Of a DNA stretch of 64,000 nucleotides, positions 60,501 through 64,000 are shown in pieces. Each line of letters starts with the position of its first letter. The stretch's first letter is position 1. A model generated the notes under the pieces. It did no database searches. It had not been told where the DNA came from and saw only the letters and a list, made by a program, of their open reading frames with translations. Origin of the DNA: Phoronis australis (Eukaryota; Animalia; Phoronida); contig NMRA01000128.1 in NCBI GenBank assembly GCA_002633005.1, positions 793,482 through 857,481 on the forward strand. The letters run 5' to 3'. The position numbers and the translations under genes were made by a program.

Positions 60501-63500
60501 ATGGATTTGANCATATTTTTCTACACAATTCTTACCCACGATCTCTACATTTAATGCCTACCCATGATCTCTACACCTAATGCTTACATGTGATAATCAA
60601 GTGTATTGCTATGTGGCTGACAAGTAGTATTTACAAAGAAATTCGAGGAGTAATGTGTTGTAATGACTAACATATACTTTGTATTAACTGTTCATAGGGT
60701 CACTTGACAGACACACTCCTCAAACATATATAACTGACTACTCTCTTGTAGAACGGATGTATTTTATGATGCTAAAACGGTTATTTTTTACTTTTGAAAG
60801 CGACAGCTCAAACACATCAACTGTCCCTTACAGATATACTCACCTTAACAGTACTTTAGACATGAGTTGTTCAGGACAAGTCTGTACGGAATGCGGAGAA
60901 ATAATTTGTATGCATTTATTGTCACACGTGTTTTTTGTTAATAGATTGGAACTCAAGCGCGGAGAGGCTGTATTAGTGTGTGCGAATCCTGGATGGCACA
61001 CATTTGCTGCTAGTGTGGACGGTGTGGTAAGTAGGGCCTTCATGATCTACAGGAACAAAGTCTCATAGTCTCATGTATTTTAAAAGTTTTTTTCACCCAC
61101 TTTTGACTTCAGTTAAAGATAACTCCGAAAAACTTCAAACAAATTATCTTTTTCTATTTCAGTAAATTTTGCTGCTTCAAATATTGTATTTATATTAACT
61201 AATGTTTATCTTGTATTTTGCTTTCTAGTCAAAAGGGAGCCGCGATGTAATGATCCACAACTCATTCAACAAATATTACTGGAAAGCTGCACTAGTTGAT
61301 GTGAGGTAATAACTGTAGTTATTCACTGTGTCTTGTGTCAGAATAATTGTGTAGTAAGTACCAGGATGTATTCAAGAATTACTTTTGTCGTACGAATTCT
61401 TCACTGGTGTACAAAGCAATTTTCGTCTGACAAGTTACTTAAACTGTTACTAGCATACTCATGGACATTGATTTGATGTCACAAAATCGTTAAACTTTAT
61501 TAATGAATTTCATGATTCAGTGCAGTCACTAATTTGTTCTTATCTCTGTATAGTGGTTGTACATGTAAACTGTGAATAGTTTGGAGGTAGCATGTGCTGT
61601 TATTGTCATCGTTGGATATTGATTTTACTTTGGAGAAATTAGCATTTTAAAATTAAAACAAATTGTGGGTAGGTGTCCTTATTCACAATCTGTTCTGACA
61701 GTATTTGAAAATTAAGTACAGTAGCCTGTAACATACCTTGATGTTATCAGGGCCATGAAATTTGGACACAAGCAATCACCTGGCAAGCATTACCATGGTG
61801 AACATGTGCACTTGGTGTGGAGTTTTAACCACCTTCTGGAAAAAGGACACTACCATCAAATAGTATGTATTTTAAAAGTGGACATAATGCTTCAGAGGTC
61901 TAACACTACCTGTTTTGGATGTTGTGAAATACAATACGTGTCTTGGCTGCTGATCTATCTGAAGAATGAGGATTGCATGAGTGGAAAATTATAATTAAGT
62001 AATGATTTTGTTGTCTCCCTGCACCTAGCGTAAAATGCGAAGTTTGAGGAGCGAACTCGCTACTGAAAAGGAGTAAGTTGAATTGCATTGATTAGTGTCA
62101 GTTTAACTGCAGACTGCAAAGCTGAAACTTTGGATTGTGGTCCCAAGCTCAGTGACTTATGAAGAACTTGAGGGGAATGACCTAGATCCTAAATCGGTAT
62201 GTATATATTATGGAACTTCTTTCATCATAGTTTCAGTGTGCCAGACAATAATAGTCGGATGTGACATGCCCGCATTTTGAGAAGTAGTTTTTTATACTGA
62301 ATAACTGGCATCAAACTGGTGCTCAAAATGGGCACTTTATATCCGGCTGTTGCTTGCTAGACAATGCTGTCAAACCTTGTTTTTTCAAAGATTGTAACAA
62401 TTTGTTTGTTCCTAGTTACTTGTTCCATCTTCTGGTCTAAAACTGACATATTCTAAAATGGAAATGTTCATTTTTATTCATCGTGATATTTGGGGACCAA
62501 ATGAGATACAATACTGGGTATGCATATTTGTTTAGGCTAGACGTGTTGAGAGAGTGCTTCTTCCTGCTCTTAGTGAGTTGCCGAATACCAATAAACTTCA
62601 TAGAACTTGTTTAATTTTGGCATCAGTTCACACTAATCTCCCCATTCTGTTTACGTTTCACACTACAGCCTTCTTTCTTTTAGAGTTTACACTACCGCCC
62701 TCTTTCTGTTACAGTTCACACTACTGCCCTCTTTCTGTTACAGTTCACTCTACCACCCTTTTTCTGTTACAGTTCTCTGCCATATTGACACGGCAGTACA
62801 GCTCCCTTGGTTTAACACCAAATGTTACCATTTTAAGAGATCTTTATATTGACATGTTTAACATCTCTGTGGAGTCCACAGGACAGTTGACTGAAGGCAG
62901 GTATGCGTGTATCAAATTTACATTTTGCCTTTAATGCCTGTCGAGCTTATTTAGCGATAGAATGTTAATAAGCTATTGAGTTGACAGCATCAGGAAATGT
63001 GCATTATTTATCACCTGGATCGTTAATTAAAAACTTACAAAGTGCTGTATGGAAAGCCTAATGGTCAATATAAAAAGATGAGCAACATAGATGTTAGACC
63101 CTTGATAAAAGCATGTGTTCTGCCTACGTTTGTATCATTGTTTTGTCAGTAATAATGATAATGATGGTTAAGATAAGGATACATGTAGTTAACTGTTTCA
63201 GCTACTGGCAGTTCAATGTGAGTTTTCCCGATCACATTCACATTGGGGCTTACATACATCCAACCAGCGTGCCTCTTTTTGACAACTTTGTGGGGTAAGT
63301 GTGTCTAGTACTAGAATACTCATGAGCTGTTTCCAAATGGATGTCTCTCTGCTGTAAACAAAAATCCACTTAGCTTGTACAGGTCACCACCAAGGCTTTG
63401 CAGTTCTGTGATTTGATTGCATGTCGCATGTCTATTTACACAGCCAGGTTTAAATGCTTTTTACTCCAACCTGTACATTTCCAATAAAGTTCCCATCAAC

Positions 63501-63674
63501 AAAAAGTGGCCTTAGACTGGTGTTTTTTAGGAAACAAAGAAAGAAAAGTGCAAAAAGGTCTACTGTGCTCAGGCGGCACCTGATTGATTATCTTATAAGC
63601 AATTAAACAGGCCACAGGATTGTGTTATGGACCTGTAATTCTATTTTGACTTTCCCAACAATGGTTGTCGAGAG
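57600..63674 (+). CDS. CATSPERE: CatSper channel auxiliary subunit epsilon-like, 5' part; the gene continues past the right edge
   Basis: Phase-consistent exon chain: 57600-57688, 58970-59018, 59900-59960, 60698-60779, 60945-61026, 61229-61305, 61751-61862, 62113-62196, 62773-62900, 63202-63294, 63611-63674, and probably 63953 onward. The boundaries of exons 2-4 are uncertain. Signal-peptide-like start, then LVCANPGWHTF, KLWIVVPSSVTYEELEGNDLDPKSFSAILTRQYSSLGLTP, GSYWQFNV and QDC..FP. These resemble in order the remembered human CATSPERE N-terminus (CSSPGVH, VWAYDPESADPDELLGN..LSTQMATLGQKP, GTWRIVV, QDC..LTFP). Confidence 0.65.
57937..58790. mobile_element. Two adjacent palindromic MITE copies (57937-58313 and ~58460-58790); half copy at 56177-56350
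   Basis: ttttgcgcatag / ctatgcgcaaaa and ttcgttcagttgcccaaat / atttgggcaactgaacgaa. The half copy shares gcagtgttaaaatgg...gggcaactgaacgaaggactgct. Confidence 0.75.
60180..60510 (-). mobile_element. Helentron/DINE-like element end (same family as 47455-49020), cut at N 60511
   Basis: Hairpin atgcgcccacatatttatatgtggacgcat, (GTCC)n, and near-colinear reverse match to 48720-49020. CTCF-like motif at 60373-60386. Confidence 0.8.
62626..62772. repeat. ~29-bp tandem repeat (about 5 units) ending at a splice acceptor
   Basis: Units of ttcacactac.gccctctttctgttacag. Confidence 0.8.
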
Positions 63675-64000
63675 GTAGAGTTTCCAAACTTGGAATTCAA
63701 TGTGGAAAAAAGAGACTGGCCTAATGGACTTATTAAAAATTTTTGAAAATCAGATTCACCATGCTAATCGGTGGTCTTTCAAACTAACCGAGTTGTAGTT
63801 AGTAAGGAAGCAAGTAAATTCAAGCTTGTAGAAAAATATCCAGTTAGGTGATCATGTACCATTAGGTTTGACTTGGCTTGGTTAAATTTATAACAATACC
63901 TTGTCCCATGTAAGTGATAGGTTGAATCTCAGTCCACCTCATTTGTTTCAAGGGAAGATGTTTGATACCTTCAATGAAGCTCTTCACCATGTTCGAACAA

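Noticed and set aside
60834-60907. Extra CATSPERE-like exon inside ORF 60757-61068
   Set aside because: It needs a 54-nt intron and has no donor in the phase required by the next exon. A single long exon 60698-61026 cannot be excluded.
63383-63447. Exon-like segment (VTTKALQFCDLIACRMSIYTA)
   Set aside because: It is open only in phase 0, while the preceding exon ends in phase 2.

Overview
AT-rich, intron-rich genomic DNA from an invertebrate animal. A non-vertebrate deuterostome is plausible but cannot be proven from the sequence. It is a draft assembly with single-N joins at 12151, 31651, 53684, 56856 and 60511. Five spliced genes were reconstructed by hand from GT/AG sites and exon phase: the 5' half of GNPAT (minus, runs off the left edge), fumarate hydratase FH (plus, head-to-head with GNPAT), glycine amidinotransferase GATM (plus), 26S proteasome ATPase PSMC1/Rpt2 (minus, tail-to-tail with GATM), and the 5' part of a CATSPERE-like gene (plus, head-to-head with PSMC1, runs off the right edge). 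Introns hold many mobile elements: RLE-type and L2/CR1-type LINE remnants, Penelope, tRNA-SINEs, hAT elements, foldback MITEs and Helentron/DINE-like elements. The most notable observations are: (1) a miniature LTR element (TRIM) whose LTR carries a tRNA-like Pol III unit; (2) an in-frame GNPAT exon 1 that looks like a mitochondrial presequence, facing an ATG-only FH exon 1 followed by a candidate skippable presequence exon; (3) a Helentron/DINE-like family carrying CTCF-consensus motifs, eight in one array; (4) a minimal hammerhead ribozyme in the sense strand of GATM intron 1; (5) an apparent premature stop in the CATSPERE-like gene. Homology calls rely on remembered reference sequences and need BLAST/HMM confirmation.
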